A stretch of DNA of 64,000 bases from Eledone cirrhosa (GCA_964016885.1 OZ024741.1:153016001-153080000); one strand, 5' to 3'; positions 39,291 through 53,354 are shown, counted from the stretch's first letter. A program made the numbers and translations. Notes: generated from the sequence alone by a model not told the origin.

Positions 39291-39861
39291 GTGGCTGCCA
39301 ACTCGTTTTCGAGTACGGCCACTACTTTATATCCATGTAGGAGAACCCCTACCGATGCGCTGAACGAGTGTGACTTTTTAGTCCAGCCAGCGACTTGAAA
39401 ACTCTGGTACAAACACTACACTTGTGACAATTACTGACACATAATGCTGGGCCCATGGTACCATGTGACGACAAGTGCAGAGAGATCTCCAGATATAAAG
39501 CAATGCCTGTGACATGAAGCTTTTATAGTGAGCAAAGGCACTGCACAAAGCCAGTCCCACTCTCTTAACCAAGATGATATTTACCAAAAAGAAGAACAAA
39601 TCAATATCATTGGATACCATCAGGGTTGCAGGTGTTATATCAGAGTTGTCCTTCTCCTAGAATTCTGCCTTGACAAAGGCTAAGGGGTCACCTCTCCCGG
39701 TGATTTTGGATGGCCATTGACTCTTAAGAGCTCCTTTGCCCTTTGACAGGTTTTGTTTTTAGTCCTGCAGGATGTCCAAAGTCACCCTCCTCACAAAGAA
39801 ACCTTGGTGGGGTTGCCAGTTTAGTCGCCAACGACCCGACCATAAGACAGGTTGTACTGGG
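39290..39861 (-). mobile_element. Internally deleted RTE-type element (5' leader plus 3' C2H2-finger end)
   Basis: 3' end [25 protein letters not shown] plus UTR; leader CCCCTTAGCCTTTGTCAAGGC..CTAGGAGAAGGACAAC; flanked by (TACA)n. Confidence 0.7.
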
Positions 39862-39914
39862 ATACATGCATACATACATACATACATACATACATACATA
39901 CATACATACATACA

Positions 39915-39946
<32 letters not shown>

Positions 39947-40391
39947 AACAGGTATACATATATGATGTGTTCAGAGTTCGGCGATGAGGAAGAACATAAA
40001 CCAAAGTAGTACTTGATATATGTTTAGGTGCAGAGTAGCTGTAGATATACAGAGTATACGCCCATCGAAGAGCCATCTCCATTCGAACTAGTTTATTTGG
40101 GCCAAGAATAGACTGGTATACATTTATATTTAAATTCTCGAAGTTGGTTCGGCCCATAAAGAAGGTCCACGTCCACTGCCTTTTCTTAAATTCTTCCAAT
40201 AAAACTTGAATCGCTATCTTTCAAAATCTTTATTTCTGTCTAAAGTTTTATCGTTTCACATGCATCTTATCAACAAAACAGTTTTCTAGTCCGTTGCACA
40301 AACTGGCTTGTTTTTTTAGCACACAACACACAACACACAAGAACAAGATGGTGTTGGACAAAAGAAAGGAGAGAGACTCAATAATAAATTA

Positions 40392-40428
40392 GTCACTGAG
40401 GAGGTCACGTGTGACGAAAAAGCTTTGA
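40392..40428 (+). ncRNA. Minimal hammerhead-like motif
   Basis: GUCA-CUGAGGA-G-GUCA-CGUG-UGAC-GAAA-AGCU-U-UGAC; palindromic AAGCUU stem III; the cleavage-site register is ambiguous. Confidence 0.6.
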
Positions 40429-40687
40429 CAATAAATAAACAACCATCCGGTTATTAAACCAACCAACTGGAAATTTGTAATAATTTGAAGTGAAAACCAA
40501 CAGGTGTATATATTTTTATTGGCAGCATGAACCTCTCAAAGTATAACAGTAAATATATATATATATATAATGCGATGAAATACCAATGATCGTTGGCTAA
40601 TCACTGATAAGGGACTCATTTTATAACATGCAATCCATGTGCAACCATGCAGTATTCTTCTCCCCATATTTTTCACATATATATATA

Positions 40688-41136
40688 TAAAATAATTAAG
40701 TCAAATATGTAAATTTGGCTTCGTTTATTATAAATTATAGATATACTGCTATATAGATTTCGGTGACAGCCATCATTGACTGTGACCTCTTCTGTCCGAA
40801 TTGGTGTGGGAAAGACAGGTACACATGTTGTTGAAGTGTGTTTTACTCCGTCAATACATCGATATGTCCAGCTCCTGGTTGTATTGTTATTTCTCTGAGG
40901 AACATGTGTACCTGTCTTTCCCACACCAATTCGGACTGCCTGAAGAGGTCACAGCCAATGATGGCTGTCACCGAAATATATATAGTAGTATATCTATAAT
41001 TTATAATAAACGAAGCCAAATTTTACATATTTGACTTAATTATTTTACATTACTCCGGAGTAAACAAACCAACCTGCCTACTTCGTCGAGTGCTCCAATC
41101 TGCATACTGAGTTGTCGGTAAACAACCAACATATAC
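40688..41136 (+). mobile_element. TA-embedded pLTR-like element (family C) with ~140-bp inverted arms
   Basis: 40688-40829 is inverted to 40901-41047. The 3' extension is similar to 42085-42205. Confidence 0.85.
40935..40989 (+). ncRNA. Complete minimal type-I hammerhead ribozyme
   Basis: Stem I ACUGC/GUAGU; CUGAAGA; stem II GGUCACAGCC-AAUGAU-GGCUGUCACC; GAAA; UAUAUA; predicted cleavage after AUA at 40984. Confidence 0.85.
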
Positions 41137-41174
41137 TAAAAAAAATATATATACACACACACACACACACACAT

Positions 41175-41265
<91 letters not shown>

Positions 41266-41269
41266 TATA

Positions 41270-41412
41270 TGGTGGCTGCCAACTCGTTTTCGAGTACGGC
41301 CACTACTTTATATCCATGTAGGAGAACCCCTACCGATGCGCTGAACAAGTGTGAATTTTTAGTCCTCCAGCCAGCGACATGAAAACTCTGGTACAAACAC
41401 TACACTTGTGAC
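41270..41412 (-). mobile_element. RTE-type LINE 3' end (copy 3 of 3)
   Basis: Matches 39290-39428. Confidence 0.8.
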
Positions 41413-41525
41413 ATATATATATATATTATCAAATGATTCTATGGACATACTTTATAGTATATATATATATACTGGAAGGTAATATCCGTAGTGGTAGAGC
41501 ACTCAGTCCATGGGGCGAGTTAGGT

Positions 41526-41776
<251 letters not shown>

Positions 41777-41844
41777 GGTAAACAGAAATAACAACACGAT
41801 CGGAAGGAATATATTAGGTTAACGCTTGAAATAGCAGGAAGAGG

Positions 41845-41882
41845 GTCTTAACGTTTCGGTCGCTAGTCCTTCACCAGAAGAA
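41845..41882 (-). ncRNA. Degenerate hammerhead motif
   Basis: CUU-CUGGUGA-AGGACUAGCGACC-GAAA-CG-UU-AAG, with one core substitution. Confidence 0.5.
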
Positions 41883-41918
41883 AGAATGAGACATAAGATA
41901 GAATGAAGGAACGGGAGG

Positions 41919-42204
41919 AACATTTCATAATTTACTTCTTTCATTGCTGTTATATATGTTTCGGTGATAGCCACAATTCAACAGCTATGACCTCTTCAAT
42001 GAGTCTGAAGAGGTCATAGCTGTTGAATTGTCGCTATCACCAAAATATATATAACGGTAATGAAAGAAGTAAATTATTATGAAATGTTGACTTATACCTT
42101 GTGTTTATAAATTTACTCCAGATGTAACAGACCCTCTTGTGGACTTCGTTGAGTGCTCTACCCTGCATACTGAAGTGTTGGTGTTAAACTAACACATGGT
42201 CTGA

Positions 42205-42208
<4 letters not shown>
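41919..42208 (+). mobile_element. Fold-back pLTR-like element related to family C; palindrome 41919-42088
   Basis: CTGAAGA-GGTCATAGC..GCTATCACC-(G>A)AAA on plus, and the mirror copy with intact GAAA on minus. Ends in (TA)n. Confidence 0.8.
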
Positions 42209-42284
<76 letters not shown>

Positions 42285-42823
42285 AAGGGCGGTGCCCCAG
42301 CATGGCCTCAGCCGGATGGCTGAAACAGGTAAAAGAGTAAAATATAAAGTCATTGTCTGTGGTATTTTGCTGATCTACCAGCTGCACTCAGACGTTGCAA
42401 TGAAACTGTATTACAGTTCGGAGACAAATCTCTCGACTCACTGAGAAACATTTCACTCACTTGCCATGGACTTGACCAACAAACCACTCATTCAAATTCA
42501 TCAACTCTTCTCACAATTCTTACTACGATTCACCACAAATGAACTAAGTATACAAACATACAACTCACGCCTCCGCTATATATACTTACAACCATACATA
42601 TTCGTTTATACTTTTATTTCAGTCGTTAGATTACAGTCATTCTGTAGCACCACCTTAATTTAGACAATCATATCGACACCAGTATTTATTTTTTCAACTC
42701 TGGTAGTCGGTATCAGGTGAGTGGTGGTATTTGTAGTTGTGGTAGTACTCTTAGTAGTGTTTTTGGTAATGGTAGCCGTGGTGTTAGTGTCAGTGGTGGC
42801 TGTAATCTTTGTAGTGATGGTGC

Positions 42824-42908
<85 letters not shown>

Positions 42909-43714
42909 TGCAATGGTGGTGGTGGCTGCGGTAGTAGTGGTAGTAGTAGTAGTGGTAGTACTAGTAGTAATTGTAGTACTAATAGTGGTAGTACTAGTAG
43001 TGGTAGTGGTAGTGATAAAATTGCTTCCAGATAATTCTGTGCTGATATTAAACTATAAAAGAAAAACCATGTAATGGAGGTCAAGAGATAACTTCCGGTC
43101 AGTTAATGGGGTGGGGGTGGGGGTGGGGGGGGGGTGTATTGTTGTTATTAGTTAATATATCATGAAGGGTTGGACGGAATAGGGTGATACTCTAGCTATT
43201 AGTTAATTGGTGCCAGATTTCAGTAAAAGCTTTCTCTTACAACCAAGTGAGCTGAGGAAAACAACTCAAATAAGGCAATGGTAAAACTTAGGCTAATTAA
43301 ATTAAAGGAAGATTAATGTGCTAGGATATGGAAAGAAATGACTGAATAAAGTAAAATTCCTCTCTTAGCTGCAGAAAGAAAACAAAAAGAAAACTGCAAT
43401 TTTTAAAAAATCTTTTTCAAATATCGTTATATTTATTCAAAAGCAAAAAATAAACATTATTTAGTAAGAAAAAATTTAAAAAGGGGAAACAAAGCCAAAG
43501 AAAGAATAGGGAAATATAGAAGAAAAAAAAGGAGAGAAAGAAAGAAGAAAAGGAACGGGAAAGAGAGAAGGGGTGAAGGGGGAGGGTGATGTTAATGACC
43601 AAACCTCAAACCAAGGAAAAACAGCTAACGTGTGTTATATATACATACACACATATATATATGTATGTGTGTGTGCGTATGAGCATATATATATATATAT
43701 ATATATCATCATTT

Positions 43715-44040
43715 CATTTTACGTCCGCTTTTTCCCTGCTTGCAAGGGTGGGACGGGAACTGATTCTGGCTTGATTTCTACAGCTGATGCCCTTCCTAAC
43801 ACCAACCTCATTTACAGTGAGTGCTGGGTGCTTTATTGCCGTGGCACCTCCACGACCACTTTGCAGTGGAGTGATATGGATCCCAGTCCCTATCATCTCA
43901 TTTCTACAGCTGAGTAAACTGGAGCAATGTGAAATAAAGTGTCTTGCTCAAGGAAACAACACATCACCCGGTCTGAGAATTGAACTCACACCCTTTTGAT
44001 TGCAAGGCCAATGCTCTAACCACTAAGCCATGTGCCTCCA
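43715..44040 (-). mobile_element. tRNA-headed SINE (second family)
   Basis: Minus strand GGAGGCACATGGCTTAGTGGTTAGAGC..GTTCAATTC..TCCTTGAGCAAGACACTTT and a GGAAGGGCATC tail motif. Confidence 0.75.
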
Positions 44041-44463
44041 TATATATACATATATATATAAATGGAAAAGAATGAAATGAAATGAAATTTCTCACTCTTA
44101 GTACGGCTGATACTTAAATGTAAGTATGTATACGTACATACATATATGTATACAGACGTACAGTAGTATGTATATATATATATATATATACATACATGCA
44201 CACATATATATATTTACGTATGGGTTTACCGAACACTTATTATAATGTTCGGTTTGTTTGTAAACAAACAGCCCGAATTAAGCCGTACATTGTTCGGCAA
44301 CCATCGTCGCCCTTTTGTTCAACACTGACAAAGGAACGATGAACTAGTTTCAAGCTTATTAGCTATCGTCAGCATCGTATACCTTCCTGTCAGATGATTA
44401 GCCTGATACTGGGGTTTAAATCCCTAATACACGCATACACGCACGCACACAGACACACACACA

Positions 44464-44500
<37 letters not shown>

Positions 44501-45554
44501 GATAGAGAGAGAGAGAGAGGGGGGGGGTATCATAAAACAGACATAAGTGATATACGTATATGGAAATTAAGGTACTCCTAAGTGCAGTGTAAGATGGGAA
44601 GGTTGTATAATTTGACTGATGTAGATGTCAAAGAGATAAAGAGGAGGGGGGAGAATGCAAGATTGGACATCATAGGGTGTGATGGTGTGAACATGGATAT
44701 GGTGGTGGTGTGAGTGGTGGGGCATTGAGTGGGGTGTAGAGTTCGTAGCGGCTGTGTCGGTGCTAGAGATGATGATGGTGCCGGTAGAGATAGTAAAGGG
44801 GGTAGTAGGTGATATTGGCAACAGTGAGTGGGTGGGGTTTGTAGTGGATATATATTCAGTGGACCCCTGGATAAGGTTTAGATATAAATATATAAAGATA
44901 AATATTTATCCTGTTGCAGCTTTGTTGTTGTTGATAATATTGATAATGGAAGTAATAGTAGTGGTGGTGGGGGTGGGGGTGGTTTGGTGGTGGTGGTGGT
45001 GGTGTTGGAGTTGGAGGTTGTGGTGGTGGTGGTGGTGGTGGTGGTGGCGGTGGTTTTGGTAGTAGTGGTGTTGGTGTTGGCGGTGGTGGTGGCGGTGGTG
45101 TTGGTGTTGGAGGTTGTGGTGGTGGTGGTGGTGGTTTTGGTGTTGGAGGTGGTGGTGGTGATGGTGGTGAGTTTAGGGTTGGTGGTGGGTTTAGGGTTTT
45201 TATTAATAATGATGTTAGCAATTTCCAATATTAGTTTTTAAAGCTGAAAATTATTTATTTTCTGAAAGAGAAAAAGTATATTTTTCTGACAGGTATGGAG
45301 TGCTCATTCAGGTAATCTCTGATTAGTACTGCGTATGATTTGACATAAAACACCACCTTCAATATATATATGTTTCATTTAAAGAAAGCTTTCCTGTTCA
45401 TTTCCTTTGAATGAAATAGTTCTAGTCCTGTAGAAGCCATTTCTATTTTAAATTTGATGTTTACACTCTACTAATGTATTGAGTACTTTCCTGTGGTTAC
45501 CTCCGATTGAACCCACACACACACACATACATACGCGTGCACACACACACACAC

Positions 45555-45643
<89 letters not shown>

Positions 45644-45650
<7 letters not shown>

Positions 45651-46215
45651 TAAAATTAGTCCTTCATCAGTGATCTTCCAGCCTTCATTGGTATTTTATC
45701 GCTTTAAAGATCATATACCTCTGGTTGGTACGAGCAACAGCTAAAGAAAGTCGTTGGGACACGTAAATAAGGGGAACGAGCGAGACAGTAAACAAACAAA
45801 CAAAGATGGTAATGCAACGAAAAGTGAGGAAGAAAGAGTCAAGTCCCTGAAATCGATGAACATAAGTTCTGTGAAATCGTAGACGAGAGAAAAAAGACCA
45901 TCCAATCTGGTTGAAATGTGAGCGAGGAAAGGATTTCGCACAGGTCAAACGGGAGGAAGTGGTGGAGAGGGAGTAGCAGAGAGTGAGTGAGTGAAAGTGT
46001 GAGGAAGAGGCTAACTGAGAGAGTGACTGGCAGAGGGGGTAAAAATAAAGGGAGAGATACAGAGAACGGGGAAGCAGTAAGAAAGAAACAGACGGGTCAT
46101 AGCGGAGGAAAATCTATAAATATATGAACAAATGGCGTGCTGCGTGGTTGCAAATGGGTTACATATGAATAAAATTAGTCCTTCATCAGTGATCTTCCAG
46201 CCTTCATTAGTATTT
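45644..46215. repeat. ~470-bp unique segment between 53-bp direct repeats
   Basis: ATATGAATAAAATTAGTCCTTCATCAGTGATCTTCCAGCCTTCATT(G/A)GTATTT at 45644-45696 and 46163-46215. Confidence 0.85.
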
Positions 46216-46224
46216 GAAGATAAA

Positions 46225-46381
46225 ATAGATACTCAATACATTGATAAAGTATAGGCATTTCTTAATTTATATGGAAATGACTTCTACAGGACTAGATGTG
46301 TGTTTCATCTGTATGAAAGCATCAGAAATTTCCTGATGATTTTATACGAATGAAACAGTTCTGGTCCTGTATAAGTCATTC
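46225..46381. mobile_element. Family-B fold-back with paired hammerhead remnants
   Basis: Palindrome 46267-46381 centred at ~46329; plus arm CTGATGA-TTTATACGAAT-GAAA-CAG-TTCTGGTC-CTG-TA. Confidence 0.75.
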
Positions 46382-46384
46382 CTT

Positions 46385-46473
<89 letters not shown>

Positions 46474-47259
46474 ACACACATATATATATATATATGCGCA
46501 AACATATATATTAAATGGGTGAAACAGTTCTAGTCCTATAGGAGTCATTTCTATGAATGCATATGTACGTATGTATGTATGTGTAGGTGTAGGTGGAGGT
46601 AGTGTTTACATACCCATATACACAGATATACTATGAGAGAGGATGCATATAAGTATGTCAAAGATAAGAATATGTGTAAACATATATATATATATAGAGA
46701 GAGAGAGGGGGGAGTAAAGACAAAGGGTACTGGTGGGAGAGAGAGTGGGTGTAGAGAGGGAGCGGCCTAGTTAGAGAGAGGGGAGAGTAAAGAGAGAGGA
46801 GGCCTAGCGAATGAGAGAGAAAAGGTGTAGAGAGAGGAGGGGTTAGCCTAGAGAGAGATGAGAGATAAGGACTGTAAAGTAGGACAGTGGCCACACTGAC
46901 TCATAGATGTTATTACTGACACAGAGGGGCTTCCCCCCTATTTTGGGATATTTAGGGAGTCAGTGTACCAAACAACATAGGTAGGGCTCCTTCATATACA
47001 CCAGTTAAGGGAAAGGAGACACTGTCAACAATCCTACATTTTACTCACCTTATAATTTCCCCTAATCTTCTCCATCACTGTATCTTTCTACATATGTGTG
47101 TGTGTTTTTCTATGAATATGTGAATATGTGTTTGGATGGTTGTGTGTGAGTCTGGAAGATTCATTTTCGAATATTTTTATCAAATATAAATATATACACG
47201 CACACACAAATATATATATGTATATACAATATTGTATGAAATAATCCAAGGCAAACTAG

Positions 47260-47570
47260 TGTAGACCTTCCTAGGTACTCCGAGTTTCCCGAAACAAGTT
47301 AGTGCGATCTCAAACCAGCGTAAGATATGCATACTTTTGTGTATAATGAACATTTAAAGAAAGAATGAGAATTACTCCCAACGCTACTGCTATTAATCCA
47401 TTTGTACGAACTTTTCTTTTCGTTTCAGCATGCTTAACTCTGTCAAGATCGACATCTTCAACACTGCTCCAAATCGTAGTTTGCCATGCTTCTCTATCTG
47501 CCGCAAGAGATTAAAGAATTTTGTCTAATATAATTTATGTCATTTTAAATGTGATTTTAAAGATTTCTTG
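47260..47570 (-). mobile_element. RTE LINE C-terminal fragment
   Basis: SLAADREAWQTTIWSSVEDVDLDRVKHAETKRKVR followed by a degenerate zinc finger FKCSLYTKVCISYAGLRSH. Confidence 0.65.
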
Positions 47571-47595
47571 TGTTGTATATATATATATATAACTT

Positions 47596-48028
<433 letters not shown>

Positions 48029-48416
48029 TATATATATATATATAAATGTAAGTCCAAAGAATCATTAGATAAAATATATACAGTATTTCCTCTCCCAATC
48101 AGTATAAATCAACCACACAAAAAATCATTTAAACGAGGCTATAAGTTTAAAATGTACTTATGAAGAAACAATAGATAAATGATATAGCTTCTTTTCCGCG
48201 ATGTACAGCCATATGATATTTACCTAATATTCCTTCTAGCCTGTAGAAATTGACTAGGCATATAGTTAACTACACGGAATTAGGTACAACATCGAAGTTA
48301 GAAGAAAAAATGTACATAAACTTTACCAGAATCTTCATAATCTCTACCAACCGGCGGTTTCGTTCCACTTTTTGGATATATCCGGTCTTGGATTATATAT
48401 ATATATATATATATAT

Positions 48417-48575
48417 ATAGCTTCAACAGCGCTAGAGCTGTTTTATCCGGGAGAAATAATTAGGAAGCGCTTCCTGATGAGTTCTCCCGAATGAAGCAGT
48501 TCTATCCCGTAGAAGCTATTTCTATATTATATATTAGATATTTATACTCTGCTATGTATTGAGTACCTTACTTAC
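48417..48575 (+). mobile_element. Family-B fold-back with hammerhead remnant
   Basis: GCTTC-CTGATGA-GTTCTCCCGAAT-GAAG-CAG..CCG-TA-GAAGC; axis at GGAAGCGCTTCC; (TA)n on both sides. Confidence 0.75.
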
Positions 48576-48581
48576 GGGATA

Positions 48582-48616
<35 letters not shown>

Positions 48617-48871
48617 TAAAATAACAGATTAAAGTTTAAGCAAAGAATCGCTGCTTTCACCCTTAACGGGATCTTCTGAAACTAACAAAGTTAATCTGTA
48701 AACGCAGAAGTGAATATTTCAAAAAACGTTGCAACCGGAGGAAGACAAATAAATATTTGCTCTACGGTTATATATTTGATATATATTTATCATTATCGAG
48801 CCCTCTTTGGATTTTAGTCTTCAAATTTATTATTATTACTATATATATATATATTTATATAAGATATACTT

Positions 48872-48890
48872 CAGGGGCGGTGGAACTGCC

Positions 48891-48923
<33 letters not shown>

Positions 48924-49117
48924 CCAATTAATTATATTTTTCTCTCCATACTACCAAAATACACATCTATTTGTATATACGCTACAATTTATGTACATAT
49001 TTATTGCATCTCAATCAAAGATTTTTATATCCTGGTTGATATTTGATAATAACAGTTAAACTAATCACTACAACTAAATTGGCCCCACCCCATTCAGAAA
49101 TGCTTCCACCGCCCCTG
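48872..49117. mobile_element. 246-bp MITE with 14-bp TIRs and a 5-bp TSD (hAT-like termini)
   Basis: TACTT|CAGGGGCGGTGGAA ... TTCCACCGCCCCTG|TACTT. Confidence 0.85.
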
Positions 49118-49389
49118 TACTTAGTAACACGTACTTCACTGGAAACATTGTAATTAATCTTAGCAAGTGTATTTTTAATAAAAAAGGTGCCCAACAAATA
49201 ATCATATAAGTTATGAATATATTACGTCAAAACAGTAAAAGAATAAAAGGAAATAATCAACTTTTGATGTACATTGTCACAAATGAAATATGTACATTGT
49301 TACTTCATAGAAAGTCTTCTGAAACTGTACGTTTCTGTTTTGAAAACTATAACTCACATCAAGTAATGTAAAAAGGATAGAATCCCTTA

Positions 49390-49890
49390 GTGCCCAGGAG
49401 CATAAGAGTGAGATGAGAAATTTGTATTTATGGAATATATCATGTAAATATAGTTTAATAGAAAAATAAAAAGAAAAGAAAATTTAGATTGAGAAGAATG
49501 TAATGTAAAATAGAGAAATATAGAGAAAAAAAGAGAATTAGAAAGAAAAACCGGGAAGGGGAGGGATGGCAAGGATTCTAGTGTCGCAGAAGGGTAGGGA
49601 TCTGGGCCTAGGGCGCGGTAGTGGAGGGGCTGCGCCTCTCTCACAAGACCACAAAAGCATTCCTGCGGACAATGACCAGCGACATTCGCTGCAACAGCCA
49701 TCCCACCTGGCGGGGCTCCCTCCTCAGACGGGCCGCCAACGTTCCGATCTTGCGGAGGAGCTCGACTGTACGGGATCAAAGTACGCCTGAGGTCTCGACG
49801 TCACCTGGTACGAAAAGGAAGCGGTCGGACAATCGCTGATGTTTGTTTATTTTCCGTTCCTCTGCGAGGCGGGCCGCGGTACCGGGGTTT
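49390..49890 (-). mobile_element. CRE-clade non-LTR retrotransposon 3' fragment
   Basis: NPGTAARLAEERKINKHQRLSDRFLFVPGDVETSGVL*..LLRKIG..EPRQVGWLLQRMSLVIVRRNA, then a pyrimidine-rich 3' UTR. Confidence 0.8.
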
Positions 49891-50156
49891 GTGACCTAAA
49901 CGAGGTATACATTTCTCAGGATGAACAAATGTTCTGAAAAACAGTCACATTTTATCTCTAACCGGGTGAAACTGTATTTTGGGGTAGGCGTAGAAACTAC
50001 CTCAAAGTGCTCAGCGTGGAATGAATATCCAAGAGGCATATATACTTGGTAACAAGACACATATATACTCCACAGGATACATCATAATTAGTCTCAATGA
50101 GGTATTTTATGAACCCATCAATATGTATATTTCCTATCTCTCTCTCTATATATATT

Positions 50157-50795
<639 letters not shown>

Positions 50796-52191
50796 TCTGA
50801 CGTCGTCTTCGGCGCCTTTCCGCTCGCTGGCAAAGTTGCGCTTCTGAAAGAGTGCAGCTTTGTCTGCTTCCTCCATGCTCTGCGGTCTGCAGTCAGGTCG
50901 AACCATGTAGAGTGGTTGAAGTCGAAGGCGTTTAAATCATCTTTAATGCAGTCGTTCCAACGCTTTCGTGGGCAGCCTCTGCTTCTCTTGCCACTTGCTA
51001 ATTCATCAAACAGGAGTTGCTTTGGAATGCACGATCTTCCATTCGGTATACATGGCCGAGACATCTGAAACGGTTGTTCCGGATCATTGTTTCAACTGTA
51101 GTTATCTTTGCTGTACATCAGTGATGGGAGAACTATGGCTTTGTACACTGTGAGTTTAGTTGCAACCGATGGGCTATCGCGATTCCATACTCTGGTATTT
51201 AGAGAGTGTAAAGCAGTAGCACCACAAGATATTCTACGCTTAATCTCCGAATCTATGGACGAATCGTCGGGCATATCTCCTCCAAGGTAGGTGAAATTTC
51301 TGGCACGTTTAAGAGTGAAATCATCAATTTTGATTGGTGGTGAATTCACACAGCCAGCATGCATAACCTCTGTTTTCGGCTTGCTAATTGTCAGCCCCCA
51401 TTCTTTACAGGAATTATTCAAAGCAATAGCTGCGCTTCGCAGAGAGCGTGCACTTAATGTAGCCATAGCTGCGTCATCTGCATATAAGTTACCCTGTTTA
51501 GTTGCGCTGGATGACTTTGACTTAAGACAACAAGTTGAAGAAGTTGTCATCAAGCTTGTAGCACACATCAATGCCTAAGTTTGGCATGGTTTTCTGTGCA
51601 TGGCGTAAGACAAAGATGAAAAATAGCACAGTGTTGATACGAGAATGCAACACCAGGAAAGACCAGCTAACACTTCAAATTACCCTCTGAAGACACCACT
51701 GTTGAAAACTCTGGCGTGCAATGCCATCATGGAAGCTTATGATATCGACCAACTTGAGTGGTGGTAGTCCAATTTTGAGTAGTTGAGTAGTACGTGCCAC
51801 ACGATGTTCCTGTTTACTGTGTCAAAGGCTTTTACCAGGTCCACAAAGATGATGTGCAATTCTTGGTGTTGTTCACAGCATTTCTCAAGAAGCTGACGTA
51901 AAGCGAACATCATATTGTCATGTCTCCCTTGAACCCACACTGTGCTTCTGGAAGAAATTTCTTAATAGTCGGCCGAATTCGGTTTAGGATAAGCTTTGTG
52001 AAGAGTTTCCATGCGATGGCTAACAGAGCGATGCCTCTGTGGTTCCCACAAGTGAAGCAACAATTCTTTTTTTAAAGAGTAATATTTCCATCCTTTAAAT
52101 CTTGTGGCATTTGTTCTTCCTGCCAAATTGAATGTGGAAGTTTCAGCAGTTCTTCGCGATCATGGCGGATGTTGTTCATCGTCATACCCAG

Positions 52192-52192
<1 letters not shown>
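50796..52192 (-). mobile_element. RTE/BovB-type LINE RT fragment, decayed
   Basis: PQDLKDGNI, CGNHRGIALL, LPEAQCGF, FVDLVKAFDTVNR, LYADDAA, GLTISKPKTEVM, FTYLG, IPKQLLFDEL..PRKRWND. Confidence 0.9.
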
Positions 52193-52254
<62 letters not shown>

Positions 52255-52258
<4 letters not shown>

Positions 52259-52432
52259 GTTTCTACTTTTGGCACAAGGCCAGCAATACCCAGTACATTA
52301 CTGGTACTTTATTTTATCGACCCCGTAAGGATGAAAGGCAAAGTTAACTTCGGCGGGATTTGAACTCAGATCATAAAGGGACGTAACTCTTTGCGTCAAA
52401 GCATGGCGTCCGACCCTCTACTGATACTGCCA
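52255..52432 (-). mobile_element. tRNA-SINE copy
   Basis: Reverse complement of the 16140 and 35655 copies. Confidence 0.85.
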
Positions 52433-52832
52433 AAATGAGAGTATAACATTATCTTCGTTGCCAAAAACAACTCGAATCAATAAATCTAGAATGGCCTGAT
52501 CAACACTCAAGGATAGACAGAAATAATCAATCTTAGAGTGGCAACTATTCCTTCAATTTTTAAAAGGGTTTGACAGAACGCACATATAACGTGACGACAT
52601 CGGACAAAGAGTAAATACATCAAATACCCCTGTAAGATTTCGCTATTTCAAATTTATATCTTCGATATCTATTTCCCTTTGTTATGATACGTATTTTGTA
52701 AACTAGCGTTTCAGCACGTTTGATCCCTCTTACAATCTGGAAATATGGTCAATATTCTGCATTGAAACCTAAAGTAGCGCTTTTGTTCCGTGTACGAAGA
52801 TAAATAAATAATAATCGTATACACACACACAC

Positions 52833-52975
<143 letters not shown>

Positions 52976-53010
52976 TATATATATATATATATATATATTT
53001 ATGTGTGTCT

Positions 53011-53036
<26 letters not shown>

Positions 53037-53041
<5 letters not shown>

Positions 53042-53238
53042 AAGAAAAAAAGATGAAATCGAAAATGCAACTGGAGTCTTATTTTTTTTTTAAATATATA
53101 TATTTATTTGGTTCCTTTACCTGTTTCGCAGTTCTTCTGCGTAAAGGAACTTCAGGTAAAGGAACCAAATAAATATATATATTTTTTTAAAAAATAAGAC
53201 TCCAGTTGCATTTTCGATTTCATCTTTTTTTCTTTATA
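53037..53238. repeat. ~200-bp near-perfect palindrome in (TA)n with a hammerhead half in the spacer
   Basis: ~86-bp arms; the minus-strand centre reads GCAG-AAGAA-CTGC-GAAA-CAGG-TA-AAGGAAC. Confidence 0.9.
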
Positions 53239-53354
53239 CTTTCACTCGTGTAGGACACCTCGGTTATTTTTCATTTTGTAAAAAAAACCTCACTTTCTTA
53301 TATATATATATATATATATATGAAAAGAGTGAGGACCCCGATATATATATATAT

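Noticed and set aside
48345-48372. Isolated GAAA-palindrome-UU half motif; similar partial motifs near 26205, 35375 and 39125
   Set aside because: Only half of a hammerhead is visible, which could arise by chance.
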